Source of the DNA: Syntrophales bacterium
GTDB lineage: Bacteria > Desulfobacterota > Syntrophia > Syntrophales > PHBD01
Direction: 5' to 3'
Assembly (NCBI GenBank): GCA_963668175.1
Contig: OY764159.1
Coordinates: 3,040,001-3,104,000 of the forward strand
DNA: 64,000 nt
Shown in pieces: positions 9,914 through 20,390 of this stretch. Numbering within the stretch: the stretch's first letter is position 1; each line of letters opens with the position of its first letter. Position numbers and translations under genes: made by a program. The notes beneath the pieces were generated by a model. The model was given only the letters and a program-made list of their open reading frames with translations. It was not told the origin of the DNA and did not search any database.

Positions 9914-10387
9914 TTAGGAACCCAGTCGATGCTCTGCCATATAGGAGCGGATTCTTGCCGCGTGGTCCTTGTCGGCCTCGTTCAACTCCTTGAAAATATC
10001 GTCGATTCTCGCAATCGACTCGCCGCTCATGTATTTCTGGTAATGGATTTCGCCCGCGGTCTCTTCGATATCGACCGCGGCAAGAAAGGCCTCCCGCCTC
10101 GACGGCGGTGTGCTTCGGTATCGTTCGATCAGGGCGCCGATTTTGGCATTGGAGCGTTTAAGCTCCTCCCGCGGTGCGGTAAACAGGCCGGACGGAACCA
10201 GACCTATCGTCAGAAAGAAATCCTTGACGGTGCGAATGAGGGCCGCATGGTTTTTCTCTTCGTCGGCCAATCGATCCCAGAAGTCCGCATCCTCCGGAAA
10301 GGCTTCCTTGAAGAGGGAATAGAGTCTCGCGACATTCTTTTCGAGAAGAACGGCTTCGGCGATAAGTTGTTCCAACTCGTCGTCCAT
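9914..10387 (-). CDS. Rubrerythrin/ferritin-like protein
   Basis: Paired E..Y / EExxH motifs (LEKNVARLY, DEEKNHA, ADKDHA). Confidence 0.75.
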   Translation of the reverse strand: MDDELEQLIAEAVLLEKNVARLYSLFKEAFPEDADFWDRLADEEKNHAALIRTVKDFFLTIGLVPSGLFTAPREELKRSNAKIGALIERYRSTPPSRREAFLAAVDIEETAGEIHYQKYMSGESIARIDDIFKELNEADKDHAARIRSYMAEHRLGS

Positions 10388-10407
10388 GGCTCCCGCCTCC
10401 TTCAGCG

Positions 10408-11880
10408 TTACTTCGTTTTCTGTTCACCCTTCCCGTCCGCCGGCGCTTTTCCCGCATCCACGCGATCGCCGTTCAGCACGGACACGTCCCATCCTCCCCC
10501 CAGGGCCTTGATCAGGAGGACCGACGCCGTCTGTCTCTGGCCGGCGATGCCTACTGCCGTCCTTTCGTTCGTCAGGGCGATCGCCTGGGTGGTGATGACG
10601 TTCAGATAACTGACAATGCCCGCCTTATACTGGTTGGCGGTCAGAAGAACCGATTCCCTGGCGGAGGCCACCGCCCGTTCCTGGACATGCCCTTCCTCCT
10701 CCAGGATGCGGAGCGCCGCAAGGTTGTCCTCCACCTGCTGGAAACCCGAGAGAACCGTCTGACGGTACACGGCCACTGTTGCATCATACGAGGCGATAGC
10801 CTGATCCGTCAACGATTTTCGCGCCCCGGCGTCGAAAATCGTCTGCGCGAGCGTCGCCGGCCCCAGGGCCCAGAAGAAGCTGGGCGCCCGGAAAAGATCG
10901 GCCAGGGCCGAGCTCTGGTATCCCGTGGAGGCGCTGAGAGAAAGCGACGGATAGTAGGCCGCCTTCGCCACGCCGATCTGGGCGTTCGCCGCGGCGACTC
11001 TCCGCTCGGCGGCGGCGATATCGGGGCGCCGTTCCAGCATTTCGGAAGGTATGGCCGTAGGAATTTGCGGCAGCGCCATGGCGACGGGCGTTTCCCCGAT
11101 GGATAACTCCGCGGGCGATTTGCCGACGAGGACGGCGATGGCGTGTTCCAGTTGGGCGCGCTCCACGCCGATGTCGATGGCCTGCGCCTGCGTCGTTTCG
11201 AGCTGCGTCTGGGCCGCTGCGACGTCGGCCTTGGCGGCCACGCCCGCCGCGTAGCGGTTTTTCGTAAGCTGAAGGGCCTTCTCGTAGGCCGCAATCGTAT
11301 CCTTATAGAGCTTCGTCTGCGCATCCAGCGTCTTCAATTGGAAATAATTCTGGGCCAGTTGCGCCTGGAGGGAAAGCGTCAGGGCGCGGAGGTCGGCATC
11401 GCTCGCCTGGGCCGAAGCGGACGCCGACTCGACCTGGCGCCGCACCTTCCCCCACAGGTCGATCTCCCAGTTCGCATTGAGTTGCAGCGAATAGCTGGTG
11501 GTCGTCTCCTGGGGCGATGTGGCGGTCGCCGGTCCCCGGGAACGGCTGGCGGCTGCCGCGCCGCCCAGCGTGGGGAAGTAGTTCGCCCTTGCCCCCCGGA
11601 CAATAGCCTGGGCCTGGCGGAACTGCGCCTCCGCCTGGGCCAGGGACTGGTTGGAGACAGTCACCTGCTCCTCGAGGGCGTTCAGTTGCGGATCGTTGAA
11701 GACCTTCCACCAGTCCGAGGATATTCTTCCGTCGCGGGGCGTCGCCTCTTTCCAGTTCTTCGCCTCTTTGAAGGCCCCGGGAACGTCCACCGGGGGACGG
11801 GTATAGTCCGGCCCCACCGCGCAGGCGGAAAGGGCTGCCAGGGTCATAAACAGGGCATATCGCAGGAACGTCTTCGTCAC
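10408..11880 (-). CDS. RND efflux outer-membrane lipoprotein (NodT/OprM family)
   Basis: Lipobox [37 protein letters not shown]. Confidence 0.93.
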   Translation of the reverse strand: MTKTFLRYALFMTLAALSACAVGPDYTRPPVDVPGAFKEAKNWKEATPRDGRISSDWWKVFNDPQLNALEEQVTVSNQSLAQAEAQFRQAQAIVRGARANYFPTLGGAAAASRSRGPATATSPQETTTSYSLQLNANWEIDLWGKVRRQVESASASAQASDADLRALTLSLQAQLAQNYFQLKTLDAQTKLYKDTIAAYEKALQLTKNRYAAGVAAKADVAAAQTQLETTQAQAIDIGVERAQLEHAIAVLVGKSPAELSIGETPVAMALPQIPTAIPSEMLERRPDIAAAERRVAAANAQIGVAKAAYYPSLSLSASTGYQSSALADLFRAPSFFWALGPATLAQTIFDAGARKSLTDQAIASYDATVAVYRQTVLSGFQQVEDNLAALRILEEEGHVQERAVASARESVLLTANQYKAGIVSYLNVITTQAIALTNERTAVGIAGQRQTASVLLIKALGGGWDVSVLNGDRVDAGKAPADGKGEQKTK

Positions 11881-14800
11881 GGTCGGATTCCTCCAGGTTC
11901 GCCTACGGCGAGTTTATGGTTACGGCCCTTTCGGCCGAAAACGGACAGGCAGAAAAGCCGAAAGCGGTCCAGATACAGGTAGACCACCGGCGTCGTGTAC
12001 AGGGTGAGCATCTGGCTCACGATCAGGCCGCCGACGATGGAAATACCCAGGGGGCGGCGCAGTTCCGAACCTTCCCCCGAACCGATCATGAGCGGGACCG
12101 CCCCGAGCAGCGCCGCCAGGGTGGTCATCATGATCGGCCGGAAGCGGATCAGGCAGGCCTCGTAAATGGCCTCCTGCGGCGGTTTTCCCTGCTTCCTCTC
12201 CACGTCGAGGGCGAAGTCGATCATCATGATGGCGTTCTTCTTGACGATGCCGATGAGGAGGATGACGCCGATCAGGGCCATGATGCTGAATTCCGTCCGG
12301 AAAAGCAAGAGGGCCAGCAGCGCGCCGACACCTGCCGAGGGCAGCGTGGAGAGAATCGTGACCGGATGGACGTAGCTTTCATAGAGGATGCCGAGGACGA
12401 TGTAAATGCTGACAAGGGCCGCGAGAATAAGCCAGGGCTGGCTCTCCAAGGACGTCTGGAACGTCCGGGCAGTCCCCTGGAAGCTCCCCCGGATGGAATC
12501 GGGCACGCCGATCCGGTTCATCATGTCGCCGATAGCCGCCGTCGCATGGGAAAGAGATACGTTGGGCGGCAGGTTGAAGGAGATCGTCGATGCGGCAAAC
12601 TGCCCCTGGTGGTTGACCTGGAGGGGCGTATTGCTGAGGTCGTAGGAGGCGAACGTCCTGAGGGGCACCTGGGCGCCCGCCGTCAGGAGCGTGGAAGCGG
12701 GCACGGTCACATACACGTTCTGAAGGGCCTCGGCGCTTTCCGAATAGCGGGGGGCCACTTCCATGACGACCCGGTACTGGTTGAGGGGGTTGTAGATCGT
12801 CGATATCTGGCGCTGGCCGAAGGAGTCGTACAGGGTGGCGTCGACGAGGGCCGCCGTCGCCCCCAGGCGCGACGCCGCTTCCCGGTCGATAGTCACGGCC
12901 GTCTGCAGCGCCCGGTCCTGCTCGTCGGTGTTGACGTCCACCAGTTCCGGCAGCTGCCCCATGGCCTCCCGTATCTTCTTCTCCCAGAACCGCAGTTCCG
13001 TGAGATCGTCGCTCTGAATGGTGTATTGGTAAAGGGCGCCCCCGGCGCGTCCGCCCACGCGGATATCCTGCGCCGGCTGCAGGAAGAGGCGGGCTCCCGG
13101 CTCCCGGGCGAGTTTCGGACGGAGCCGAGCCATGACCCGGTCCACGTTGACCTTCCTTTCCTTAAGGGGCTTCAGGGTAACGAACATGTAGCCGGCGTTC
13201 GTCTGGCCGCCGCCGATGAAGCCGGCAGCGCTCTCCACGGCCGGGTCCTGCCGGATGATCGTCATGATGTTGACCAGCTTCTGCTGCATCGCCTTGAAGG
13301 AGATGTTTTGATCGGCCTGGATCATGCCCATCAGCCTCCCGATGTCCTGCTGCGGGAAGAATCCTTTCGGAATCGTCGCATAGAGATAAAAGTTCAGGCA
13401 TACCGTGAGAAGAAGGACAACCATCGTGAAGCGGCTGTGACGAAGCGCCCAGTTGAGGGAACGCTCGTACCGGCTGTGCATCCAGTTAAAGACATGTTCG
13501 CTGATGCGGTTGAACCGGCCGGTCTTTTTCTCCTCTTTTGCCTTGAGTAAACGGGCGCACATCATCGGTGTCGTCGTCAGGGAAACGACGAGGGAAACGA
13601 GGACCGCCGCCGAGAGCGTGACGGCGAATTCGCGGAATATCCGGCCGATGACGCCCCCCATGAGGAGGATCGGGATGAAGACCGCAACCAGGGAAAGGCT
13701 CATGGAGAGCACTGTGAAGCCCACCTCGCGGGCTCCCTGAAGCGCGGCCCGGAAGGGCTTCATGCCCGCCTCGATGTGGCGGGAGATATTCTCCAGGACG
13801 ACGATCGCGTCGTCGACGACAAATCCCGTGGCCACGGTCAGCGCCATGAGGGACAGGTTGTCTATGCTGTAGTCGGCAAGATACATGACTCCGAAGGTGC
13901 CAACAAGGGACACGGGCACCGCCACGCTGGGAATCAACGTGGACCTGAAATTGCGCAGAAAGAGAAAGACGACCATGATGACGAGGCCGATGGCGATCAC
14001 CAGGGTCCGCTCGACCTCGTTCAGGGAGGCGCGGATGCTGGGCGTGCGGTCCATGGCCACCGTGATCTTGATGGCGGCGGGCACCGAGGCCCGGAGTTGT
14101 TCCAGCTGTTCCTTGATGCTGTTGATGGTCTCGATAACATTGGCGCCCGGCTGCTTGGTGATGATGAGAAGAACCGCCTGTTTGGCGTCGTACAAACCTT
14201 CGTTGCGGATGTCCTGGACGGAGTCGACAACCTCCCCGAGATCGCCCAGGCGGATGGCGGCCCCCTTCTGGTACGTGACGATCACCGGGATATAGTCCTT
14301 CGCCCGCTTGGCCTGGTCGTTGGCGTAGATCTGCCAGTGGCGCTCGTTGTCTTCGAGGGAGCCCTTGGGCCGGTTGACGTTGGCGGCGGCGACAGCCAGC
14401 CGGACGGACTCCAAGCCGATGCCGTACTGGTTGAGGCGCGTGGGGTTGAGCTCGATACGGACCGCCGGGAGCGAACTTCCGCCCACGTTGACCTGGCCGA
14501 CGCCCTTCACCTGGGAGAGCTTCTGGGCCAGCATCGTCGAGGCCACATCGTACATCTGGCCGCGGGTCATCGTGTCGGACGTCATGGCGAGGATCATGAT
14601 CGGCGCATCGGCCGGATTGACCTTCCGGTAGGTCGGGTTGTTCGGCAAACCGGACGGCAGGAGGCTCCTGGAGGCGTTGATCGCCGCCTGCACGTCCCGG
14701 GCGGCCCCGTCGATGTTGCGGTCCAGGTCGAACTGGAGCGTGACGCGCGAGTTCCCCAGGGTGCTGACGGACGTCATCTCCGTGACGCCGGCGATGCGCC

Positions 14801-15014
14801 CGAGCGAGCGCTCCAGGGGCGTCGCCACCGTCGCGGCCATGGTCTCCGGGCTTGCCCCCGGCATGGAGGCGTTTACCGATATGGTCGGGAAATCGACCTG
14901 GGGTAACGGCGCCACGGGCAGGAAGATCAAGGCGACGGCGCCGGCCAGGAGAACGCCGACCGTGAGCAGGGTCGTCGCTACGGGCCTGCGGATGAAGGGC
15001 GTGGATACACTCAT
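11877..15014 (-). CDS. mdtC: Multidrug efflux RND permease MdtC
   Basis: [38 protein letters not shown]; second of tandem RND pair. Confidence 0.9.
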   Translation of the reverse strand: MSVSTPFIRRPVATTLLTVGVLLAGAVALIFLPVAPLPQVDFPTISVNASMPGASPETMAATVATPLERSLGRIAGVTEMTSVSTLGNSRVTLQFDLDRNIDGAARDVQAAINASRSLLPSGLPNNPTYRKVNPADAPIMILAMTSDTMTRGQMYDVASTMLAQKLSQVKGVGQVNVGGSSLPAVRIELNPTRLNQYGIGLESVRLAVAAANVNRPKGSLEDNERHWQIYANDQAKRAKDYIPVIVTYQKGAAIRLGDLGEVVDSVQDIRNEGLYDAKQAVLLIITKQPGANVIETINSIKEQLEQLRASVPAAIKITVAMDRTPSIRASLNEVERTLVIAIGLVIMVVFLFLRNFRSTLIPSVAVPVSLVGTFGVMYLADYSIDNLSLMALTVATGFVVDDAIVVLENISRHIEAGMKPFRAALQGAREVGFTVLSMSLSLVAVFIPILLMGGVIGRIFREFAVTLSAAVLVSLVVSLTTTPMMCARLLKAKEEKKTGRFNRISEHVFNWMHSRYERSLNWALRHSRFTMVVLLLTVCLNFYLYATIPKGFFPQQDIGRLMGMIQADQNISFKAMQQKLVNIMTIIRQDPAVESAAGFIGGGQTNAGYMFVTLKPLKERKVNVDRVMARLRPKLAREPGARLFLQPAQDIRVGGRAGGALYQYTIQSDDLTELRFWEKKIREAMGQLPELVDVNTDEQDRALQTAVTIDREAASRLGATAALVDATLYDSFGQRQISTIYNPLNQYRVVMEVAPRYSESAEALQNVYVTVPASTLLTAGAQVPLRTFASYDLSNTPLQVNHQGQFAASTISFNLPPNVSLSHATAAIGDMMNRIGVPDSIRGSFQGTARTFQTSLESQPWLILAALVSIYIVLGILYESYVHPVTILSTLPSAGVGALLALLLFRTEFSIMALIGVILLIGIVKKNAIMMIDFALDVERKQGKPPQEAIYEACLIRFRPIMMTTLAALLGAVPLMIGSGEGSELRRPLGISIVGGLIVSQMLTLYTTPVVYLYLDRFRLFCLSVFGRKGRNHKLAVGEPGGIRP

Positions 15015-18000
15015 GCAACCCTCCCTTCTTCGTCGCCGTCTTCGTCAACGGGATTGAACGGCGATTCGAAGCGCCGGCTGAGGCGGTCGAAGGCCAGGTA
15101 GATGACCGGCGTGGTGAAGAGCGTGAGAATCTGGCTTAAGATGAGCCCCCCGACCATCGTGATCCCCAGGGGATGGCGCAGTTCCGAACCGACGCCCGTA
15201 CCCACCATCAGCGGCAGGGCGCCAAGCAGCGCCGACATGGTCGTCATGAGGATCGGACGGAAACGGAGCAGGCAGGCCTGGAAGATGGCCTCGCGGGGCG
15301 GTTTGCCCTCCTTGCGTTCCAAATCGAGGGCGAAGTCGATCATCATGATGGCGTTCTTCTTGACGATGCCGATCAGAAGGACGATCCCGATGATGCCGAT
15401 GATGCCGAGATCGGTCCTTGAGATCATGAGGGCAAGCAGAGCCCCGACCCCCGCCGACGGCAGGGTCGAGAGGATCGTGATCGGATGGATGTAACTCTCG
15501 TAAAGGATGCCGAGGACGATGTAAACGGCCACGATGGCGGCGAGGATCAGAAGGAGCGTGCTCGTCAGGGAGGCGCGGAACGCCAGGGCGGCGCCCTGGA
15601 AGCCGGTCTTGATGCTTACGGGCATGCCGATCTCCCGTTCGGTCTTTTCGATAACGTCGACGGCGTCGCCCAGGGAGACGCCGTCCGCCAGGTTGAAGGA
15701 GATCGTCGCCGCGGGAAACTGGCCGATATGGTTGACGACGAGGTTCGTCGGCTTCTCCTGGACCGAAACGATCGAGCTTAGGGGCAGTTGGGTCCCCGCC
15801 GTCGAGGCGACATAGAGATCGTTCAGGGAGGAAAGGCCCTTTTTGTATTCGGGCTGCACCTCCAGGACGACACGGTACTGGTTAGATTGGGTGAAGATCG
15901 TGGAGACAAGCCTCTGGCCGAAGGCGTCGTACAGGATGTTGTCGATGGCGGCCATCGTCACGCCCATACGCCCGGCGGCGTCGCGGTCGACGGCGACGTA
16001 GGCCTGGAGTCCCTTGTCCTGCAGGTCGCTTGCCACGTCGGCCAGTTGCGGCAGGCGGACGAGCTTGTCCACGAGCAGGCCGTTCCAGCGGCTGAGCTCC
16101 TCGGAATCGGCGGTCTCCATGGTGAACTGATACTGCGTGCGGCTCACCCGGTCTTCGATGGTAAGGTCCTGAACGGGCTGCATATAGAGGGCGATGCCTT
16201 CAACGCCCGCGAGCTTCTTCTGCAGGCGGCGGATCACCCCCATGGCGTCGAGGTTGCGTTCGTGCTTCGGTTTGAGATTGATGAGCATGCGCCCGCTATT
16301 GAGCGTCACGTTGGTCCCGTCGACGCCGATGAACGACGACAGGCTCTCGACGGCCGGGTCCTGAAGGATGACTTTGGCGAGGGCCTGCTGCCGCTCCGCC
16401 ATCGCCGGGAAGGAGATGGACTGCGGGGCTTCCGATATGCCCTGGATCATCCCTGTATCCTGGACGGGGAAGAAGCCCTTGGGGATGAAGACATAGAGCA
16501 GGACCGTGAGGATCAGGGTGCCGATGGCGACGATCAGGGTCGAGCGCTGGTGGTCGAGAACCCAGTTGAGCATCTCGCCGTAACGGGCGATGACCCGCTC
16601 GAAGAAGAGGCCGCTCGCGTGATAGAAGCGCCCCTGCTTCTCCTCGGGCACGTGGTGCAGCAATTTAGCGCACATCATGGGCGTCAGCGTCAGAGACACC
16701 ACGGCGGAGATGAGGATCGACACAGCCAGGGTGATGGCGAATTCGCGGAAGAGACGGCCGACGACCTCTCCCATGAAAAGAAGCGGAATCAGGACCGCGA
16801 CGAGGGAAAAGGTCAGGGAGATGATCGTGAAGCCGATCTGCTCCGAGCCCTTGATTGCCGCCTCCAGGGGCGGATCGCCTCTCTCGATGTAGCGGGCGAT
16901 GTTTTCGATGACGACGATGGCGTCGTCCACGACGAAACCCGTGGATATCGTGAGGGCCATGAGCGTCAGGTTGTTGATGCTGAACCCCGCGAGATACATG
17001 ACGCCGAAGGTGCCCACGAGGGAGAGCGGGACGGCGACGCTTGGAATCACCGTGGCCGACAGGTTGCGCAGGAAGAGGAAGATCACCATAACGACGAGCG
17101 CCACGGCGAGGATCAGTTCGAACTGGACATCCTGGACGGAGGCACGGATCGTCGTCGTCCGGTCCGACAGGAGCGTGATGTCCACGGAAGCCGGGATGGA
17201 CGCCCGCAGCTGCGGCATGACGCGCTTGATCCGGTCCACGACCTCGATCACGTTGGCGCCGGGCTGGCGCTGGATGTTGACGATGACGGCGGGGACGTCG
17301 TTATACCATGCGGCCAGGCGGACGTTCTCCGCATCGTCGCGGAGGACCGCGACGTCCGACAGGCGGATGGGGGCGCCGTTACGGTAGGCGACGACGAGGC
17401 GCTCGTAATCGGTCGCCGACTTGAGCTGGTCGTTCGCGTCGATCAGGGACGCACGGGACGGCCCGTCGAAGCTCCCTTTCGCCTGGTTGACATTGGCCGT
17501 ATTGATGACCGTGCGCAGGTCTTCGAGGGTCAGTTTATAGGAGGCCAGCGCCCGGGGATTCGCCTGGATGCGGACCGCCGGCCGCTGCCCGCCGCTGATG
17601 CTGACAAGCCCCACCCCCGGAAGCTGCGATATCTTCTGCGCGAGGCGCGTATCGACGAGGTCCTGGACCTTGGGCAGCGACAGCGTCTTGGACGTCACGG
17701 CCAGGGTCAGGATCGGCGCATCGGCCGGGTTGACCTTGCTGTAGATCGGCGGCATGGGCAGATCGGTGGGCAGAAGGTTGCTCGCCGCGTTGATCGCCGC
17801 TTGCACCTCTTGCTCGGCCACGTCGAGATCGAGGCTGAGTGCGAATTGCAGGGTAATGACCGACGCCCCCCCGGAACTCGTGGAGGACATGCGGTTCAAG
17901 CCCGGCATCTGTCCGAACTGGCGCTCCAGGGGCGCCGTGATGGAGGATGTGATGACTTCGGGGCTGGCGCCCGGATACAGGGTGACGACCTGGATGGTCG

Positions 18001-18127
18001 GATAATCCACCTGCGGCAGGGCCGAAATCGACAGCACCTTGTAGGCGATAAGGCCCGACAGGAAGATGGCCGCCATGAAGAGGGATGTGGCTACAGGTCT
18101 CAGGATGAAAGGTCGCGAGGGGTTCAT
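15011..18127 (-). CDS. mdtB: Multidrug efflux RND permease MdtB
   Basis: [28 protein letters not shown] typical of MdtB/MuxB. Confidence 0.92.
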   Translation of the reverse strand: MNPSRPFILRPVATSLFMAAIFLSGLIAYKVLSISALPQVDYPTIQVVTLYPGASPEVITSSITAPLERQFGQMPGLNRMSSTSSGGASVITLQFALSLDLDVAEQEVQAAINAASNLLPTDLPMPPIYSKVNPADAPILTLAVTSKTLSLPKVQDLVDTRLAQKISQLPGVGLVSISGGQRPAVRIQANPRALASYKLTLEDLRTVINTANVNQAKGSFDGPSRASLIDANDQLKSATDYERLVVAYRNGAPIRLSDVAVLRDDAENVRLAAWYNDVPAVIVNIQRQPGANVIEVVDRIKRVMPQLRASIPASVDITLLSDRTTTIRASVQDVQFELILAVALVVMVIFLFLRNLSATVIPSVAVPLSLVGTFGVMYLAGFSINNLTLMALTISTGFVVDDAIVVIENIARYIERGDPPLEAAIKGSEQIGFTIISLTFSLVAVLIPLLFMGEVVGRLFREFAITLAVSILISAVVSLTLTPMMCAKLLHHVPEEKQGRFYHASGLFFERVIARYGEMLNWVLDHQRSTLIVAIGTLILTVLLYVFIPKGFFPVQDTGMIQGISEAPQSISFPAMAERQQALAKVILQDPAVESLSSFIGVDGTNVTLNSGRMLINLKPKHERNLDAMGVIRRLQKKLAGVEGIALYMQPVQDLTIEDRVSRTQYQFTMETADSEELSRWNGLLVDKLVRLPQLADVASDLQDKGLQAYVAVDRDAAGRMGVTMAAIDNILYDAFGQRLVSTIFTQSNQYRVVLEVQPEYKKGLSSLNDLYVASTAGTQLPLSSIVSVQEKPTNLVVNHIGQFPAATISFNLADGVSLGDAVDVIEKTEREIGMPVSIKTGFQGAALAFRASLTSTLLLILAAIVAVYIVLGILYESYIHPITILSTLPSAGVGALLALMISRTDLGIIGIIGIVLLIGIVKKNAIMMIDFALDLERKEGKPPREAIFQACLLRFRPILMTTMSALLGALPLMVGTGVGSELRHPLGITMVGGLILSQILTLFTTPVIYLAFDRLSRRFESPFNPVDEDGDEEGRVA

Positions 18128-18181
18128 AGGTCAGCACCTGTTGCGGCAAAGGCGGCCGCGGAATCGTTCATTCAATAGTCT

Positions 18182-19450
18182 TCAGCGTTTCTCCTTGCGG
18201 GCTCCGTCCCGGGGCCTTTTTCCGCCCTGGGCCGATGCACCTGCCGCGCCGTCGCCCGTGACCGTTTCCACTTTAGTGCCCTCCCGCAGCTTGTCCCCGC
18301 CGACGACGACAACCCATTCCCCCGGGGCAAGACCGGCCGTGACGGCCACATTCTCGCCCTCTGCGGGTCCGAGCGTCACCTGGCGGACGGCAATGCTCTT
18401 GTCCTCTTTAACGATATAGACAAAAGTGCCGATGGAACCCCGCTGAATCGCGGCAGTAGGCATGACGGTCGCGCCCTCAAGCGTATCGATCTTCATGACG
18501 ATGTTGACGAACTGGTTGGCGAATAGCTCGTTTTTCTTGTTTTCAAACCGGGCCTTCATCTTGATGGTGCCCGTTGTGGTGTCTATCTGGTTGTCGACGG
18601 CCAGCAGCGTCCCCTCGGCGATCTGCGTCTTGCCGTCCTGGCTCCAGGCGGAGACGGGGATCTCATCCCCGGATCTTACCCGTTTCATGATTGCGGGCAG
18701 ATTGTCCTGGGGCACGGAGAAGACGACGTTGATGGGCTGAAGCTGCGTGACCACGGCGATTCCGGTCGAGTCGTTCGCCTGGACCATGTTTCCGGGGTCC
18801 ACAAGCCTGAGGCCGATGCGCCCCGATATGGGCGAAACGATGCGCGAGTAGGTGAGCTGCAATTTGGCGTTGGCGACCTGCCCCCGGTCGGTCTTCACGG
18901 CCCCCCGGTATTGCTGGACGAGCGATTCCTGGGTTGTCACCTGCTGATCGGCGATGGAATCCTGCGACAGAAGCAGTTTGTAGCGTGCCAGATCGCCCTC
19001 GGCGTTTTTCAGGAGGGATTCGTCGCGGGCCAGTTGGCCTTCCGCCTGCATGAGCTGGACTTCAAAGGGACGGGGGTCGATCTCGGCCAGAAGCGTGCCG
19101 GCCTTGACGATCTGTCCTTCATTATAATGGACCCTGAGGAGCTGGCCGCTGACCTGGCATTTCACGGTGACCGTATAGACCGGCGTTACGGTGCCCAGGG
19201 CCCGCAGGTTGACATTCATATCGGCCTTCAGGGCCTGTTTGGCCGTAACCGGCAGGGGGCGCTGCCCTTCCGCCATGCCCTTCCGGTCCGCCCCGTTCTG
19301 AGCCGGTTTTAAAACACCGATATAGATAACGGCGGCCGCTCCCGCGACGATCAGGAGCCAGAGCCACCATCGCCTCTTCAGGTGTGACAGGATGCCCGCC
19401 GTCCTGCGGGGTTTTTCGGCTTCCGTTCCTGGCTGTGTGTCCATGTCCAC
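18182..19450 (-). CDS. mdtA: Multidrug efflux periplasmic adaptor MdtA
   Basis: N-terminal TM; ALGTVTP, IDPRPF, RIGLRLVDPGN, DNQIDTTTGT. Confidence 0.92.
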   Translation of the reverse strand: MDMDTQPGTEAEKPRRTAGILSHLKRRWWLWLLIVAGAAAVIYIGVLKPAQNGADRKGMAEGQRPLPVTAKQALKADMNVNLRALGTVTPVYTVTVKCQVSGQLLRVHYNEGQIVKAGTLLAEIDPRPFEVQLMQAEGQLARDESLLKNAEGDLARYKLLLSQDSIADQQVTTQESLVQQYRGAVKTDRGQVANAKLQLTYSRIVSPISGRIGLRLVDPGNMVQANDSTGIAVVTQLQPINVVFSVPQDNLPAIMKRVRSGDEIPVSAWSQDGKTQIAEGTLLAVDNQIDTTTGTIKMKARFENKKNELFANQFVNIVMKIDTLEGATVMPTAAIQRGSIGTFVYIVKEDKSIAVRQVTLGPAEGENVAVTAGLAPGEWVVVVGGDKLREGTKVETVTGDGAAGASAQGGKRPRDGARKEKR

Positions 19451-19639
19451 GCTCGTTCCCCCTCCTGCACGATATTAAAATACCATATATAGCGCTGTCT
19501 GCGCCTTTCCGCCCGGGACATGTCCGGGACAGACGACCCTATACTCCGGGCATCGCTTTTTTGCAAGGCGCCTCACCGTGACGCCCTTCCGGACAGTATC
19601 GGCCCATCGGTGTTTCCCGTCATGATGGGAGCAGAATGA

Positions 19640-19655
19640 AGCAAACGCCATGCCA
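19640..19655 (-). promoter_or_regulatory. Sigma-54 (-24/-12) promoter facing mdtA
   Basis: Minus strand TGGCATGGCGTTTGCT matches TGGCAC-N5-TTGC. Confidence 0.7.
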
Positions 19656-19723
19656 TCCGGTCCGCCTCATTTGCAAGTACACGATTATATAGCATAGATG
19701 ATCCGGGAAGCCAAGAAGACGCT

Positions 19724-19792
19724 TGGATATATAGGTTCCATAGATGGATAAAGAGTATCCACCGCGGTATCCACCTGCGTAGAATGTATCCA
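19724..19792. promoter_or_regulatory. Putative enhancer array TGGATA-N5-TATCCA
   Basis: Perfect site TGGATAAAGAGTATCCA at 19745-19761 plus degenerate copies at 19724-19740 and 19776-19792. Confidence 0.65.
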
Positions 19793-19853
19793 GTCATGCC
19801 TTGGTTCCCCGCGCCATAAACGCTGCTGCGCTTCTCTTCTCAATATTACCGCC

Positions 19854-19895
19854 TTGACAAGAAACGGTTTCTCCATTATACTCGCATACTAGTAT
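19854..19895 (+). promoter_or_regulatory. Sigma-70 promoter with overlapping MarR-type palindrome
   Basis: TTGACA-N17-TATACT; ATACT-N8-AGTAT at 19878-19895. Confidence 0.65.
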
Positions 19896-19924
19896 ATGGC
19901 ATGCCAAATTATTGCAGGCGAGCA

Positions 19925-20344
19925 ATGGACTCTCAAGCGTGCATCTTCTTCAATCTCTCCAAGGCCAACCAGGCGGCCCTGCGCTTTCTCGCGCAGAAGG
20001 TCGCGGAGCTCCATATTACGCCCGTGCAGGCCATGGTCCTCGGGTTTCTCCACCGCGGCGACCGCGTTACGTCGAGCGCCCTCGGAAAGATGACGGAACT
20101 GGACAGCGCCACCCTGACGGGCATCCTCGACCGCCTGGAGACCGCCGGGCACATCAGGCGTCATATGCATCCCCATGACCGGCGCTCCATCGAAATCCAT
20201 CTGACACCGGAAGGAAAAGAACTGGCCGCGTTGTCCGTCGGGGCCATCGACGAGGCGAACCGTGAATTCCTGGCGGCTTTCACTCCGGCCGACCGGAGCG
20301 GGCTTCTGGAGTTGCTCGGAAAATTGCGGGACAAGTCGCCGTAA
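19925..20344 (+). CDS. MarR family transcriptional regulator (alternative start 19901)
   Basis: ITPVQAMVL, LDSATLTGILDRLE, HPHDRRS. Confidence 0.9.
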   Translation: MDSQACIFFNLSKANQAALRFLAQKVAELHITPVQAMVLGFLHRGDRVTSSALGKMTELDSATLTGILDRLETAGHIRRHMHPHDRRSIEIHLTPEGKELAALSVGAIDEANREFLAAFTPADRSGLLELLGKLRDKSP

Positions 20345-20390
20345 GAGAATATATCTTTTATAACATCGCTTTAAGAAAAGGGGGTCTTCT

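Noticed and set aside
19724..19792. GTATCCA/GGATAC repeats as a CRISPR array or iterons
   Set aside because: Units are only 6-7 bp, irregular and inverted, with no spacers, cas or rep genes; better explained as activator sites
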